Source: the human T2T-CHM13v2.0 reference genome, Homo sapiens. Taken from it: a stretch of 64,000 nucleotides of DNA. Position 1 is the stretch's first letter; every line of letters starts with the position of its first letter. Positions 1 to 13,529 of this stretch are shown piece by piece. The notes beneath the pieces were generated by a model that ran no database searches, was not told the DNA's origin, and saw nothing but the letters and a program-made list of their open reading frames with translations. The position numbers and the translations under genes were made by a program. Location: the NCBI RefSeq assembly GCF_009914755.1, contig NC_060947.1; one strand, 5' to 3'.

Positions 1-209
1 GAACAAATGAACACACAATAACCAACAGCACACAATTTATAATACTGTCTATTTGCCCCTATACTGTACTTAATTTCGATTGGAACAGTCTACCTCTAAC
101 ACTGAAGAGCCATTGACTGAAGCCAAGTACACTGTAAAAGTTGTTCCAGGACTAAAATCCTCTCAAAAAATTAAGAATTACATCATATATTTCAAAATAT
201 AAATCATAC

Positions 210-354
210 CTTCAGAAACAATGGCTATGGAAAAATAAATGCTGTTACTAATATAAATATTATCTTCATTTATAGAAGTAACACATCCAATTAAAACTCT
301 GGTTCCTGAGTCTGAGGGTCCAGCACCATAAAGATGGCGAGGCACAACATCCAC
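210..354 (-). CDS. CT55: CT55 copy A coding exon 3 (VDVVPRHLYGAGPSDSGTRVLIGCVTSINEDNIYISNSIYFSIAIVSE); exons 4-6 lie outside the window
   Basis: 145 nt between a TTACAG acceptor and a GTATGA donor; phase 0 in, phase 1 out; translation matches CT55 as I recall it; not in the ORF track because it has no ATG. Confidence 0.92.
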
Positions 355-2187
355 CTGTAAGATTTAGGAAAGAGTTTACTTCAAAAACAATACAAATTTA
401 AACATGGAACTTACATGATTAAAAGACTTGTATTCAAAAATATTTTCAACAGCCATCCTAAACACTGGAGAATATAGTTCACTTGGTAAGTGGACCATTG
501 ACTTGAGATGACAGTAAAAGTCATGTGCGTGCTTCAAGAATTGTGAAATGTATCCCAAAACATTAATTGCATACCCAAGTTTAATGTCCTTGTACCATTA
601 GATTCCAAGATTAAAATAATACCGTCCTTCGCCTGCAGAAATTCACAGTGAAATGACGGTAAAGTGGAAAGGTATATAGTCATAAGCAGGTTGCGATGAA
701 GGATATAAAACTAGTTCAAAGATGGTTTCTGTGAATTATCTAGAGGGAGAACATTTCAGACAGGGAGAAAATAGAAGCATTGTTTAGGGGAAGTCAGATT
801 TGTGCTGGGTTGGGAAAGAAGACGGGGTAAAGGAGCAGGGAGGCAGAGAGAAAAAACAACAGAAGTTAGGAGCCTAGGGAGCAAAACCCTAACATCCGAG
901 ATCCAGGCCTAGGAGACAGAAGCATGAGATAAAGTTGGAGCAATAACCTCAACTGGGGGAGGTTCGAAAAACCAAGTCAAATTAGGGCTTTACTTTATCT
1001 ACAATAGAGAGGCATACAAACCTTTTCCCTTGTTGGAAGTGTAATAGTCCTTATTTTATAATCCTTAAAACTTACAAAAATAGTGTAAGCTTGTTATACT
1101 AAAAGTAGGAAAGAAAACAGATAAGCAGACAGCAAAAAGCAGTTACCCCACAATCCATAATTCATTACCAAGAGATCACCAGGGACTACATTTTTGGCAG
1201 TAACACTCATCCTGATGTTTTTGTCTGTGCACAAATATATATACATGTGTAAATGCCTGTTTTAAAAGCAAATTAGCATGGTATTCAGTGTTAAAGTATC
1301 ACATTAAATGAACACAAAAGTTTTTAAATAACAAGAGAGGACGGAAAGAGTCATAGGGAATCCCAATTAATGGATGTGCCGTAATTTACTAACCCAATTT
1401 CACATAATTAGACATTTCACTTGTGTCATAGCATTTGGACTACTTGCCTGACTTAACTATAGGATAAAATCCTAGGGTTGGCATTTGCTGAGCAGAGACT
1501 TCTGATGGAAACTTGAGCCACTGAGTTGTAAAGAATTTTTCATGGTTTTAAAAATAGCCTAGTTTGCTGCTATTCTCATTTCTAAACTGGTGTCTTTCCA
1601 GCTGTCAATACCAATCTGATGTTTATTATCCCCTCACTTACTGTCATGAAGGAATGAGGCATTAGCCTCCCATCCACATATCTATCACCACTTCCGTCAG
1701 TATCCCAGTGGATGATCCACAGCACCCTCGGACCTCTCTGTTCCTTGACTCCACGCCAACTCACAGACATATGCAGACTAAAGCTTTGCCCATGTCTCAT
1801 GGCTCCCAGCTCTGTTTCTTATGCCTTGCAAAGACGACCAACACAACAGCCGGTACAAATAGATTCAAATGTTTACGATAATGTGTTGTATGACACAAGT
1901 GGCATTTCAATAAAAAGGGGCAATGTGGATTATACAATTAATGTTGAGGGACAACTGAGTAGCCAGTAGTGAAACAAGATGTGGATCCTTCTCTCAGTCC
2001 TGCACATGAAAAGCAAACCCAGGCTGGCTGTATGTTTAGATATAAATAAATGAATGACTTTCAGAAGAAAAGCTAAGTGAATACTTGTGTAAATTATGTC
2101 TTAGAATTAGCCTAAGGATACTTCCTGAACCCAGAAGCCACATGGACAAGATGGACATATTTATAGTATGTAAAAATTAAGCAGATA

Positions 2188-5100
2188 GAGGAGGAGGGGA
2201 GCAAGATGGAGAAATGGGACTCTCCAGTGATTGTCCTCCTGCAGAAACATCAATGTGAAAAACTATCCTTGTATGAAAATATCGTCACTTGACATAAAGA
2301 AACCAGGTGAGAGACCATGGTACCCGGTTATAGCATGAAAATAAGAAAACATGCACTGAAGAGGGTAGTAAGGACAGTTTTACATTACCCACATCACCCC
2401 TTCCCCGACCTTCAACAGCAAAGCATAAATAGAGATACCATCCATCCAGAGGAGAGAGACAGTAGCAAGCATAGGACATTGCCTAGGAACCCAATATCAG
2501 GCCACCACTTGACAGATGCCCATGGCCCCTGACTCTCAGATGGTACTTGTGGACAGAGTCTCTAGACCCACCCTGGCACCAGACAGGAAGCCACAGCCAC
2601 AGCAAAACAAACTCAATATCTGGCCCACATCTCTCCCTAGTGATTCCAGTGGCCTTATGCTCAGAATAATCTACAGCAACAGGGAGTTCTCAGTGAATGG
2701 AGGCTTGGATTCCAGTCTCACAAGGGACCAGCCTCAATAGCTAGGGGAATCCCAGCCATCCTAGCACCTGCCGCTGTGTCCCTGTGAATAGGCATCCCCC
2801 TAGTGCTTCAATAGCTGTAGTGTTCACAAGCATAAGGACCAAAAGAGACCTATATAGAGTTTCTGGACAGGCTTACTGCTAAAGGATGTCCCCTAAAAGC
2901 TAGACTGCAAAGACCGAAATGGATACCTACTTCTTCAATACGCAGATATAAACACATTACCACAAAGATCAAACACAATAAGGAAAACATGACATCACCA
3001 AACTGACAAAACAAGGTGCCAGCAATTGACCCTAGAGAGACAGGAATATATGAGTTGTTTAACAAATAATTCAAAATATCTATTTTCCACATGCTCTGTG
3101 AACCTTGAAAACAATTACAGAGAAATGATTCAGGATTTATCAAAGTAAGTTGCAGGAAAGATTGAAAGAATTGTTAAAAACCAAGCAAATCCAGAAGTTG
3201 AAAAATACAGTGAAGGAAGTACACGATAGAGAACATCCAAAGAAGAATTGATTGAGCAAAAGAAAGAATCTGTAAACTTGGAGACAGGTTCATTGAAAAT
3301 ATACAGTCAGAGGAGACAAAATTAAAAGGAAGGACACGGAATGAAAAAAAACTAGATTTCTGGGACAATATCAGAAGAGCAATAGTATGAGTCATTCACA
3401 TTCAAGAGGGAGGAGTGAAAAAGAGGTAAAAAGATCATTTAAAAAATAATAATGGAGAGCCATCCAAACCCAGAGAAAGTTACAAACGTCTAGGTACTGG
3501 AAGACCAAAGTTCTGCATTCAGATACAATCCAAATAAGATTACCCCATGACATATTAAAATCAAACTGTCAAAGATGAAAAATAAAGAAAGAATCCTGAG
3601 AGCAGTAAGAGGAAAGAAGCAAATCACATATAAGGCAGTTCCAATATGCCTACCAGAAGACTTCTCAGCAGAAGCATAATAGGCCAGGAGAGAGTAGTAT
3701 AGTATACTTTAGGAACACAAGGAAAAAAATCTCTAAGCAAGAATAATGTACCCAGCAGTGAAGGGGAGATAAAGACTTTTACAGAGAAATCACAGCTGAG
3801 AAATTTCCTCACCACCGCAACTGTCTTACAAGAAATGCTAGGGAGAGTTCTTCCAACTGACGTAAGGGACGCTAATGAGTAATGCAAAAACATCTGAAGG
3901 TATAAAACTCACCAGTAAAGGTAACGACACAAATTCAGAATACTCTAATAAGGTAATGGTGGTTTCCAGATCACTTATATCTTTCATGTAAAGGTTAAAG
4001 AACTGAACTAGTAAAAATAAAATAAGTACAATAATTTGTTAAGGGATACAAAATATAAAAAATTGTAAAGTGTGAAATAGAAAACTCAAAATCCCAGGGT
4101 GGAGTTAAATAGTAAAGTGTTTGTATTTTGTGATCAAAGTTATGTTATCAGTAAAATAATCTGCCGTGATTATGTTTCCGTAAGCCTCATGCTATCCACA
4201 AAGAAAAACATCCTGTAATAGACACACTAAAACAAATACAAACAAAACCACAAAACACACTAATAGAGAAAAATCTCTTATCCATCAATGAAAACAGTAA
4301 AAGAGAAAGAAAGGAAGAAATTACCTACAAAATAGATAGAAAAAAATTATCTAAATGACAACAATAAATCCTTACCTATCAATAATTACCTTGATAGGAA
4401 TGGATGACATCCCCCAATTAAAATGCACAGAGTAGCTGAATACATTTAAAAAGCAACAACAAAAACAATCAAACCTATGAGAGACCCACTTCTCCTTAAA
4501 GGGCATTCGTAAACTGAAAGTGAAGACATGAAAAAAGATATTCTTCCATGTAAAGGGAAACCAAAAGAGAGCAGGAGCTGCTAAACTGATTTCAAATAAA
4601 ATAGAGTTTAAATCACAAACTGTAAAAAGAGACCAAGATCATTATAGAATGATGAAGGGGTCAATTCATCAAGAGGATATAATGATTTCCAAAAATATGC
4701 ACCCAACATAGCAGCACCTAAATATATGAAGCAGACATTAAGGTATAAATGGTGAGATAGAGTGCAATGCAGTAATAGTAGGGGACTTCAACACCCAACT
4801 TGCAGCAATGAACAGATTGTCCCGACAGAACATTGACCCCACAAAAAGTGGGATTTATCTGCACTCCGGACCAAATGGACCTGACAGTCATTTACAGAAC
4901 ATTCCATCCAAATACTCCAAAACACATATTCTTTCCAACTGCATGTGGAACATTCTCGAGGATAGATTATGGGGCAGGTCATAAAACAGGTACTAGCAAA
5001 TTAAGGGAATTTGAAATAACATCAAATCAGTTCTCTAACCACAACGGTAAAGTATTAGAAATCAATAAAAGTAGGAACTTTGGAAACTTTAGAAGTGGAT

Positions 5101-8100
5101 GGAAATTAAACAACATGCTCCTAAATAACCAATGGGTCAATGAAGAAATTAGAAGCAAAGTGTAAACATTTCTTGAGTTGAAGCAAAATGAAGGCACAAC
5201 ATACGAAAACCCATGAAATACAGCAAAAGCAATTCTAAAAGTGAAGTTTACATCAATAAAACCTACCTCAAAAGAAAAGATACATCTTAAATAAACAACC
5301 TCACACTGCACCTTGGGGAACTAGAAAAACAAGAAAAAAATGCAATGCAAAATTAGGACAGAAATCATAAAGGTCAGAGCAGAAATAAATGAATAGAAAT
5401 GAGAAGAACAATACAAATATCAATGAAACAATGACTTGGTTTCTTGAAGAGGTAAAGCAAATCAACAAAACTTTAGCTAGACTAAGGAAAAAAGAGAGAA
5501 GATTCAAATAACTAAAATCAAAGATGAAAAAGGACACAGCACAAATGACATCACCAAAACAAAACGTATCATAAGGAAGATTATGAACAATCATCTGCCT
5601 ACAAATAGGACAAGCTAGAAGAAATGGCTACATTCCTGGACACATACAACCTACCGAGATGTAATGGTGAAGAAATGGAAAATCTGAACAGACCATTAAT
5701 GAGTAAGGAAAGTGATTCAGTAATAAAAAATCCCCCATCAGTGAAGAGTCCAAGACAGAATGACTTCCCTTCCTAATACTACCAAATTTATATATAAAGA
5801 AGAATAATTAATAGCTATACTTTTAAACCTATTCCAAAAAAAAAAAAAAAAAAAAAAAAAAACGGACAAGAGACGAACACTTCCGAACTCATTCTGTCAC
5901 AACGCATTACCCTGGTAGAAAACCCAGATGAGGAAACAGAAAGAAGAGAAAACCAAAAAAAACTACATGCCAAAATTCCTGATCAACACAGTTGCAAAAT
6001 CTTTAACAAAGTATTAGTAAAGCAATTTCCACAGCACATTAAAAAAATCATTCACCATGTTCTAGAGGACTTCATCCCTGGGATGCAGGGAAGTTTCAAC
6101 ATACACAAATCAATAAATGTGCTATATCACGTGAAAAGAATGAAGGAAAAAAGCCATAGGTTCATTCCAATTTCAGCAGGAAAAGCATTTGATTGAATTC
6201 CACACCTCTTCGTGACTAAAAACTCCACAAATTAGGTATAAGAGGAGTGCACCTCAACACAATAAAGGTCATATATGATAAACCCACAGATAACATCATA
6301 CTGAATGGGGAAGTGTTGCAGGCTTTTCCTCTAAGACCTGGAACAGGACAGAAATGCCCACTTTTGCCCTTTCTATCGCACATAGTTCTGGAAGTGCTAA
6401 CCAGAGAAATTAGGCAAGAAGAAACAAAAGGCATCTAAATTCAAAAGGAAGAATTTAGATTGGCCCTGTTTGCAGACGGGAAGCTGTTACTTATAAATAA
6501 CCCTGAAGACACCACCAAACAGCTACTAGGTCTAATAAACAAATTCAGGAAAGTGGCATGAGACACAACCAACATACAAGAATCAGTAGTATCTCTATAC
6601 ACCAATAGGGAACTATCTGGAAAAGATATCAAGAAACAATCCCATTTACAACACCTTCAAAAAAATTAAAATAGGAATAAATTTAACCAAGGAGGTGAAG
6701 GATTGCAACACTGAAAACTATAAACCATTGACGAAGCAAATTGAAGGAGGCAGGAATGAATGGAAATATATCATGTGTTCATGAACAGGAAGAATAAAAT
6801 ATTGTTAAAATGTCCGTAACCTAAAGCAATCTATAGATTCAATGCAACTGCTATGAAAATACCAATGACATTCTTCTTGGAAATAGAAGAAATACTCCTA
6901 AAATTTGTATGGAACCATGAAAGATTCCAGACAGCTGAAGCAGTCTGGAATACAAGGAACAAAGCTGGAGGCATCACACTATGATGTCAAAACATATGAC
7001 AAAGCTATAGTAAGCATAACAGCACAGTACCAGTATAAAAACGGACACATCAACCAATGGAGCAGAATACAGAGCCCGGAATTAAATCTGTGCATTTACA
7101 GTCAACTAATTTTTGACAAAAGGCCCGAGAACACACAATGTTGAGAAAGTACAGTCTCTTCAATAAATGATGTTGAAAATAACTGGATATTCATCTGAGA
7201 AAAATGAATTTCCACCCTTATCTCTCAGCGTGTATATAAATCAACTCAAAATGATTTAAAGCTTTAAAATGAAGACCCAAAGCTGTGAAACTACTAGAAG
7301 GAGACATAGGGGGAAAGCTCCATGACATTGTTCTGGGCAACGATATTTTAAAAACAGGACCTCAAAAGCAAAGGCAAGAAAAGGAAAAATACACAAATGG
7401 GATTACATTGAACTAAAAAGCTTCTGCACCACAGAGGAAACAATCAAAGAGTGGAGAGACAATCTATGCGATAGGAGAAAACATTGACAATCTATGTATC
7501 TAGTAAGGGGTCAGTTTCCAAAATGTAACTCCAACAACACAATAGCAAGAAAACAAATAATCCTATTAAAAATGAGCAAAAGACCTGAATAGACATTTCT
7601 CAAAAGGAGACATACAAATGGCTAACAGGCATGTGAAAAAACACTCACCTTCTCTAATCATCAGGGTAATGCATATCGGAACCACAGAGATACCGAGTCA
7701 CGCATGTTAGAATGGCTAACATTAAAAAGACAAGATATAACAAGTGTTGGCAAGGATGTGGAGAAATTGGAAGCTTTATGCACGGTTGGTGGGATGTAAA
7801 TTGTTACAGCCACCATGGAAAACAGTATGGACATTCCCCAATATTTTAACAATGGAACTATCACACTATCCATGAATCCCACTACTGAGCATGTATCCAA
7901 AGAGAGTGTCATCAGTGTGTCAAAGAGATGTCAGCACTTCCATGTTTGTTGCAGCCCTATTCACAATAGCTATGAAATGAAAGCAATCTAAGTGTCCATC
8001 TACGGATGAGTGTATAAAGGAAATGTGGTATAAATACACAAGGGAATGCTATTCAGCCATAAAACAGAACAGAATATTGCCGTTTGAAATAACCTGGATG

Positions 8101-8310
8101 AACCTGGAGAATGATATGTAAGTGAGATAAGCCAGTCACACAAAGACAAATACTGCACGGTCACATTCACATGCAGAAGATAAAAAAGTTGATCTCATAG
8201 CAGTGTAGAGTAGAATGGTGGTTACCAGACGCTTGTGTTGTTAGGGTGGACAGAGGAATGAGAAGATGTTGGTGAAAGAACATATAATTACAGTTGTATA
8301 GAAGGAACCT
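2188..8310 (+). mobile_element. Old, near full-length, decayed LINE-1 (L1M/L1MA-like) in intron 2 of copy A, antisense to the gene
   Basis: 5' end gaggaggggagcaagatgg; endonuclease remnants (DLTVIYRTFHP, TFSRID, WKLNNMLLNNQWV); RT remnants ([19 protein letters not shown]); 3' UTR-like tail; many stops and frameshifts. Confidence 0.88.
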
Positions 8311-8319
8311 TTTTTAACT

Positions 8320-8550
8320 GTCCAGAATATATACAAACAGAAAGTGGATAAGTGATTTCCTGGAGCTGGATGTTGTTGGGGGAGGGGACAGTTGGGGGAG
8401 CACGAAGAGCTTCCTTTTGAGTAATGAAAATGTTCTAAAGTTGATTGTGGTGATGATTGCATAACTCTGTGAACAAATTAAAAACCACTAGATTGTTCCC
8501 TCTAAGTGGGCCAATTGTATAGTCACGTGACTTATATCTCAATAATGCTG
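8320..8550 (+). mobile_element. Older L1 3'-UTR fragment (L1MB/L1ME-like)
   Basis: gaaaatgttctaaagttgattgtggtgatgattgcataactctgtgaa motif typical of ancient L1 3' ends. Confidence 0.55.
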
Positions 8551-9391
8551 TAAAAGAATGAAAGACATAAAGCAAAGGAAAAAGATGGTATCAGACGAAA
8601 TACTACAAGGGCTTCATACACAAACTTTCCTATTACAAATCTAATTTTCCTACCATAGAGATAGCCATAAATATCCCTATTGTATCAGTAGGTCTAAGAA
8701 ATAAAACTTACTGTAATCTCATGAAGACCCTTAATAATTCCAAATGAATGATGAGACTGCTTTTCCTTTCTCATATGTGCAAAGATTTCAGATCGATAGT
8801 ATTGTTGTCCTTGCCTATATGGGCAGATGGGCAGTCTCACCTCCTATTGCTGAGAGAATCAATTAGTACAATAGAGCTAAAGAATAATTTCATAATAGCC
8901 ACTGAATGGGCAAATATCTGGGCTCAGGTGATGTTGCCAGGACTCCGTAAATCTGCAAATGTTATTGAATTGTACCCTTAAGAGAGTTTTGTGGTTGGTG
9001 AATTATAATTCCATGAAGCTCTTTTTAAAATATTTACAATGCACATGGCTTGACATAGAAATTCCACTGTTTTGAATGCACACTACAGAAAATGTTTTTT
9101 TACCTGATAAGGGAAGTTGTAAGATTATAAAGAGTTCAATAATTATTATTGTTACTCATATTGTTTAAAGACTAGAATAATAGATAAGTAAGCTTTTATG
9201 TTTTACAGCACAAATTACTACAAATATTACAACAGAAGAAGCTACAGCTTCAGAGGAGGGGGGCTTCAAATTGCAGTCTACATCCACTCTACGGATCACA
9301 GCAGAGATGTCGGATTAACTCAAGAAAAGAAAGATGGAGAAAGAAAGCCCACTGGGATAAGACACAATTCCCAAACTCATGCACATCTCAC

Positions 9392-9576
9392 CTTGATTGC
9401 TCTCAATCCATAATGTGGTTTATCTTCTTCCACAACCACATTAACTTTTTGTCCAACTTTTAGAGGCACGTTGCCAGTCACAACATCACTACTGAAGTAG
9501 ATCGACTCATCAATCATGCCATAATCACCACAGAAACTTGTGACAACTCCCTGCACAGTTGTCAACTGGGTGTCAC
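9392..9576 (-). CDS. CT55: CT55 copy A coding exon 2 ([62 protein letters not shown]), first OB/S1-like repeat
   Basis: 185 nt between a TTGTAG acceptor and a GTGAGA donor; inside ORF 9377-9625; phase joins exon 1 (phase 1) to exon 3 (phase 0). Confidence 0.93.
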
Positions 9577-9799
9577 CTACAAGATAAAGAAACAAGGTCA
9601 CATTATTAGCCTCAAATGCAAACACCTACTACAAGTAAGTCTTACACTCACCATCTGCATAACCCTGGGCAGAGAAGTTTTATAACGTCTCTGACCTTGT
9701 TTTCATCTGTCAATCCACAACAATCACAATTTCGCCTAATAGGGTTGTTGTAGGTTTTTAAAATATTTTTAAAAATTTATTAAAATTTAAAAATTTTAA

Positions 9800-10103
9800 T
9801 TTTTAATTATTTTTTAATTTTTTGAGCAGAGTCTGGCTCTGTCGCCGGGGCTGGAGTGCAGTGGCGCAATCTGGGCTAGCGGCAACCTCTGCCTCCTGGG
9901 TTCAGGTGGTTCTCATGTCTCAGCCTCCCCAGTAGCTGGGACTACAGGTGTGTACCGTCACACCCAGCTAATTTTTGAATTGTTAATAGAGACGGGGTTT
10001 TGCCATGTTGCCCAGGCTGGTCTCCAGCTCCTGGCCTCAAGTGATCCACCTACCTGGAACTCCCAAAGAGCTGGGATTACAGGTGTGAGCCACCGCGCCC
10101 AGC
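9800..10103 (-). mobile_element. Alu in intron 1 of copy A
   Basis: T-rich tail, then ctggagtgcagtggcgcaatct...gggattacaggtgtgagccaccgcgcccagc. Confidence 0.93.
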
Positions 10104-10875
10104 TTACGAATATTAACTGACACATGCACATCAACTGTCGAGAGCTCTGAGTGCCTTGCACAAGAGTGTGTAAATGTTACCTGTTAGCATTTCTACATAT
10201 GAGTCTTTAAGCTTCTGCTCCTATTATATTCCTTCATCATTATCACCAACATGATGAGTAGCACCTTCTATAGATACTTAACCATCTCAGCAGACAAAGT
10301 ACTAAAAGATATCTGGAGATTGAAGGCTAGCCCAAAACGGCATCTGAATGGTTTTCTTTATTTCTCCTTCTTCTTCTTCTTCTTTTTTTTTTATTCTGCA
10401 CAAGCCTAGCTGATCAGCAATACTTAGGGATCAAACCTCAGCAGTCGCCGGCAGGGGTTCTCTGCCTTCCTTTGGGATCAGATAAGTATGAGGCATCAAC
10501 TTGGCTTCAAATTACATTCCCGTTTGGGATACAAGCCTAAATTAACTCGCAAATTAGGGAGTTTCTCGCCTACTGGAAATATAAATAGGCATGTGCTGTG
10601 CGACCACGTGGGGGAAAAGCACAGGCGGTACAGACCCCAAGGTCTTCTCTGTCAACACCTTCCCGCTTTAGATGGACAGGAGAGTTTGGGGGTTGGTTCT
10701 CAGGGAATTGTTGAGGACTCGGGTTGCCTCGGGTTGCCTCCCCATGCACGCACAAGATGGAGCCACCGTCACGTGCAGTACCCACCCGAGTTACAACAGC
10801 CTCATTCCGGGGGTGAGGAGAACCCCTATTGGGAGGCTTCTGGGGTGGGGGACAAGGGGACACACAGAGGAATAC

Positions 10876-10969
10876 CTTGTGGGAGGCCCTGCTGCTGTGG
10901 GCCCTGTCGCTCTGCAGGGTCGGCCGTCCTCCCGTAGAAGGCCAAAGCAAGTCTCAGAAGCCTGAGCAT
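10876..10969 (-). CDS. CT55: CT55 copy A coding exon 1 (MLRLLRLALAFYGRTADPAERQGPQQQGLPQ-G)
   Basis: ATG at 10969-10967; 94 nt to the AAG|GTATT donor; matches the recalled CT55 N-terminus; inside ORF 10826-11020. Confidence 0.93.
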
Positions 10970-11300
10970 CGTCCCAGTTGTCACCACCGGCCTGGGCACC
11001 GCTTGTGGCAGATGAAGCACGAGGCCTCCTCAGTAAGGGAAGCCCTCAGGTCACGGCGTCTCCTCAGGGACTCACTTCCTGCTTCTCCTCAGACACTGTG
11101 GCATGGGACCCACCCGTTAGTGAGCCCCCCTCAGGAGAGTCAGGGACACCGCAGCCTCCAAAGGAGCTCCCAGCTTCTCCGCTGACTTCTCCCTCTGAGC
11201 ATGCGCTCGTCAGGGCCCGCCTCTACCACTGTCCAACCAATGGGCGTGCAGTGGGTGGGCGGGCAGGTTCTTGTGGCTACTAAAAGGCGATGGGTGGGAA
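10970..11300 (-). promoter_or_regulatory. 5' UTR/proximal promoter of CT55 copy A (GC/CpG-enriched)
   Basis: GC-rich island in an AT-rich background; CCAAT at 11237-11241 and GGGCGG at 11257-11262; TSS not determinable. Confidence 0.55.
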
Positions 11301-11734
11301 CATCGTGGCTTCTCCCATCAAGGCTGAGGGAGCCATTAGGATGGCCTGGGGAAAATGGCTTGGGAGCTTGGGTTCTGCATTTACTAAGGAGATACAGGGC
11401 TCTTCTCTTGGGTTCCCTGGGAGGATGGGTGCCTGAAACACCGGCTGTGCAACCAAAAATCCTGCTCCTGCCCTTGTATTCGTGGTGCTTAGCATAAGGA
11501 GTCACCACTCAGTGGGCGGTCAATAGTTACTCCTCACCAGGGATCAATTTTGTGGAGAGAGGGCATCATGTGGGTAGGCAATGTTTTAGTGATGGCAAGT
11601 ACGTGTCTTGTGTACTAGGACTGCCATTTTTAGTCCAGTGATAATTTATAATAGAATCCTTTTATGATCATTGCTACCATGTACTCATCGCTTACCTGGT
11701 TATGCTTACATTACTCTGATATACACATTACCCT

Positions 11735-12420
11735 TATTCATTCATTCAGCAAAACTTGTAGGGCACTAACTGTGAACCAGACACTGTTCTGTGTTCCTAA
11801 AATTTGTTAATGAATGAAAGAGTCAAGAATCTTCACCCTGTGAGGGTAGATTTTTCACAGGATGACGAAAGGGTGACACTAAACATCACATAATAAAATA
11901 TATGGTATGTTAGAAGGCAATAAATGCCATGGAAAAATATAGCAGGACAAGGGAGATCCACAGTGCTGGGCATGGGGTATTGGATTGCACTTTACAATAG
12001 CATGGTCAGAGTAGCCCTCATTGGAAAGCAATAGTTGAGAAAGATGTTGGAGTTAGCCAGGCAGCTATTTTTGGAGGAGCCGTTCAGACGGAGGGCACAG
12101 TTTGTGCAAAGACCATACAGCAAGACTGTGCGTGATGTATTCAAAGAAAAGCAGTGATTAGAGCAGAGGCAGTGAATAGCTAGAAGAGTGGGAAGTATGG
12201 TAAGAGAGATAATAGAGGTTCAGGCTGCATGTGGGATAGTGGGGCACTGGAAGTCCTTTGGCTTTTATTGTCCATGACACGTAAAGTCCCTGAAGGATTT
12301 GGAGCCTCCAGGGATCACTCCAGGTGCTTGGTTGTGAACAGGCTGGAAGAGGTCAGAGCAGGAAGCAAGGAGAACAGTTTGGATGATTCTGATGCAATCC
12401 ATGGGCACTGTGGATGAAAC
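11735..12420 (-). mobile_element. L2 fragments
   Basis: ttcattcattcagcaaaac...gcactaactgtgaaccagacactgttct L2 3' terminus plus following L2-like sequence. Confidence 0.55.
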
Positions 12421-12530
12421 CTGTTTGTCTTTCCTCTCCTACTGTGAGAACAGGTAAGAGCATTGCTGAAGATTATCATCTGGTTAACAGGATCGGTTGA
12501 GGGCTATCTATGTCTCAAAATGTAACACAA

Positions 12531-12998
12531 CTGTGTTAATTTCCTAGGGAGGCCACAACACATTACTACGACTGCGTGGCTTTAAACAACAGAAATTTAT
12601 TCTTCTGCAGTTCTGCAGGCTATGAGTCTGAAATCAAGGTTTCCGTGAGGTTGGTTCTTTCTGGCAAGCTCTGAGGGAGAGTTTATTCCAAGATTCCGTA
12701 GGTTGCCAGTAGTCATCGGTTGGCTTCCTTCGGTTGTAGATGCATCACTCCAATCTCTTCCTCCTTCATATCATGGTGCTCTTCTCCATCTGTCTGTGTG
12801 TCCAATACACCTCTTCTTATAAGGACACCACTCACTGGATTAAGGGTATATGACTAATCCCAATCCTGTAGGACCTCATCTTAACTTGATTTTTTTTTTT
12901 TTTTTTTTGCAAAGACCCTATTCAAAATAAAGTCACATTCACAGGTACTGGAGCTCAGAACCTGAGCATATCTCTTTCAGGGCAAAATTCAACCCACA
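12531..12998 (-). mobile_element. MaLR LTR (MLT1-type)
   Basis: ggctttaaacaacagaaatttattctt..cagttctg..aaatcaagg and aagaccctattcaaaataaagtcacattc motifs. Confidence 0.75.
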
Positions 12999-13529
12999 GC
13001 AACTGCTCTTGTAAATTTTGATTACTCCAATATTCTATGATTATCAATGAAAAATTAGGACACACAGGTAAGCACACATTTCCTCTTATTTCTCTGAGAA
13101 AACACAGGCCATGAAACAGGAGCCCCTCTGTGAAACTCCTGGCACCCATCCTGGCTTTCTCTTCCTTCTCTTTTGTAACAATGGAAGGACATCGCAGCCC
13201 CTGGCCAGGGCTGAAACTCCACTGAGCACATGGAACCATTCTCTTGACACATTTTCTCTGAGGATGTTGCTTCTATTGCTGTTGCCTCTCTTCATCCTGC
13301 ATCAACAATCTTTTTTTTTTTTAATCTTTGCCTGCAAAGGAATAACATACAAACATACACAAGAATCACCCATCTTAAAAACTTCACAAATAACTCCCAT
13401 CTTAAAAATGTACATAGATAAATAAGCTTCCTTGGCCTCATTTCCCCTTCAGTCCCATTCTTCTGCATCCTGTCCCCCACAGCAAATGCTATTTCAAGAA
13501 TCACCTCTGCTCACTTCCTGAGCTCCCAT

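Noticed and set aside
2188-8310. Active LINE-1
   Set aside because: ORF1 and ORF2 are broken into short fragments by stops and frameshifts in all three copies
10488-11508. Cluster of long overlapping ORFs around exon 1
   Set aside because: Expected in GC-rich sequence; the frames are not preserved in copy B apart from the CT55 frame
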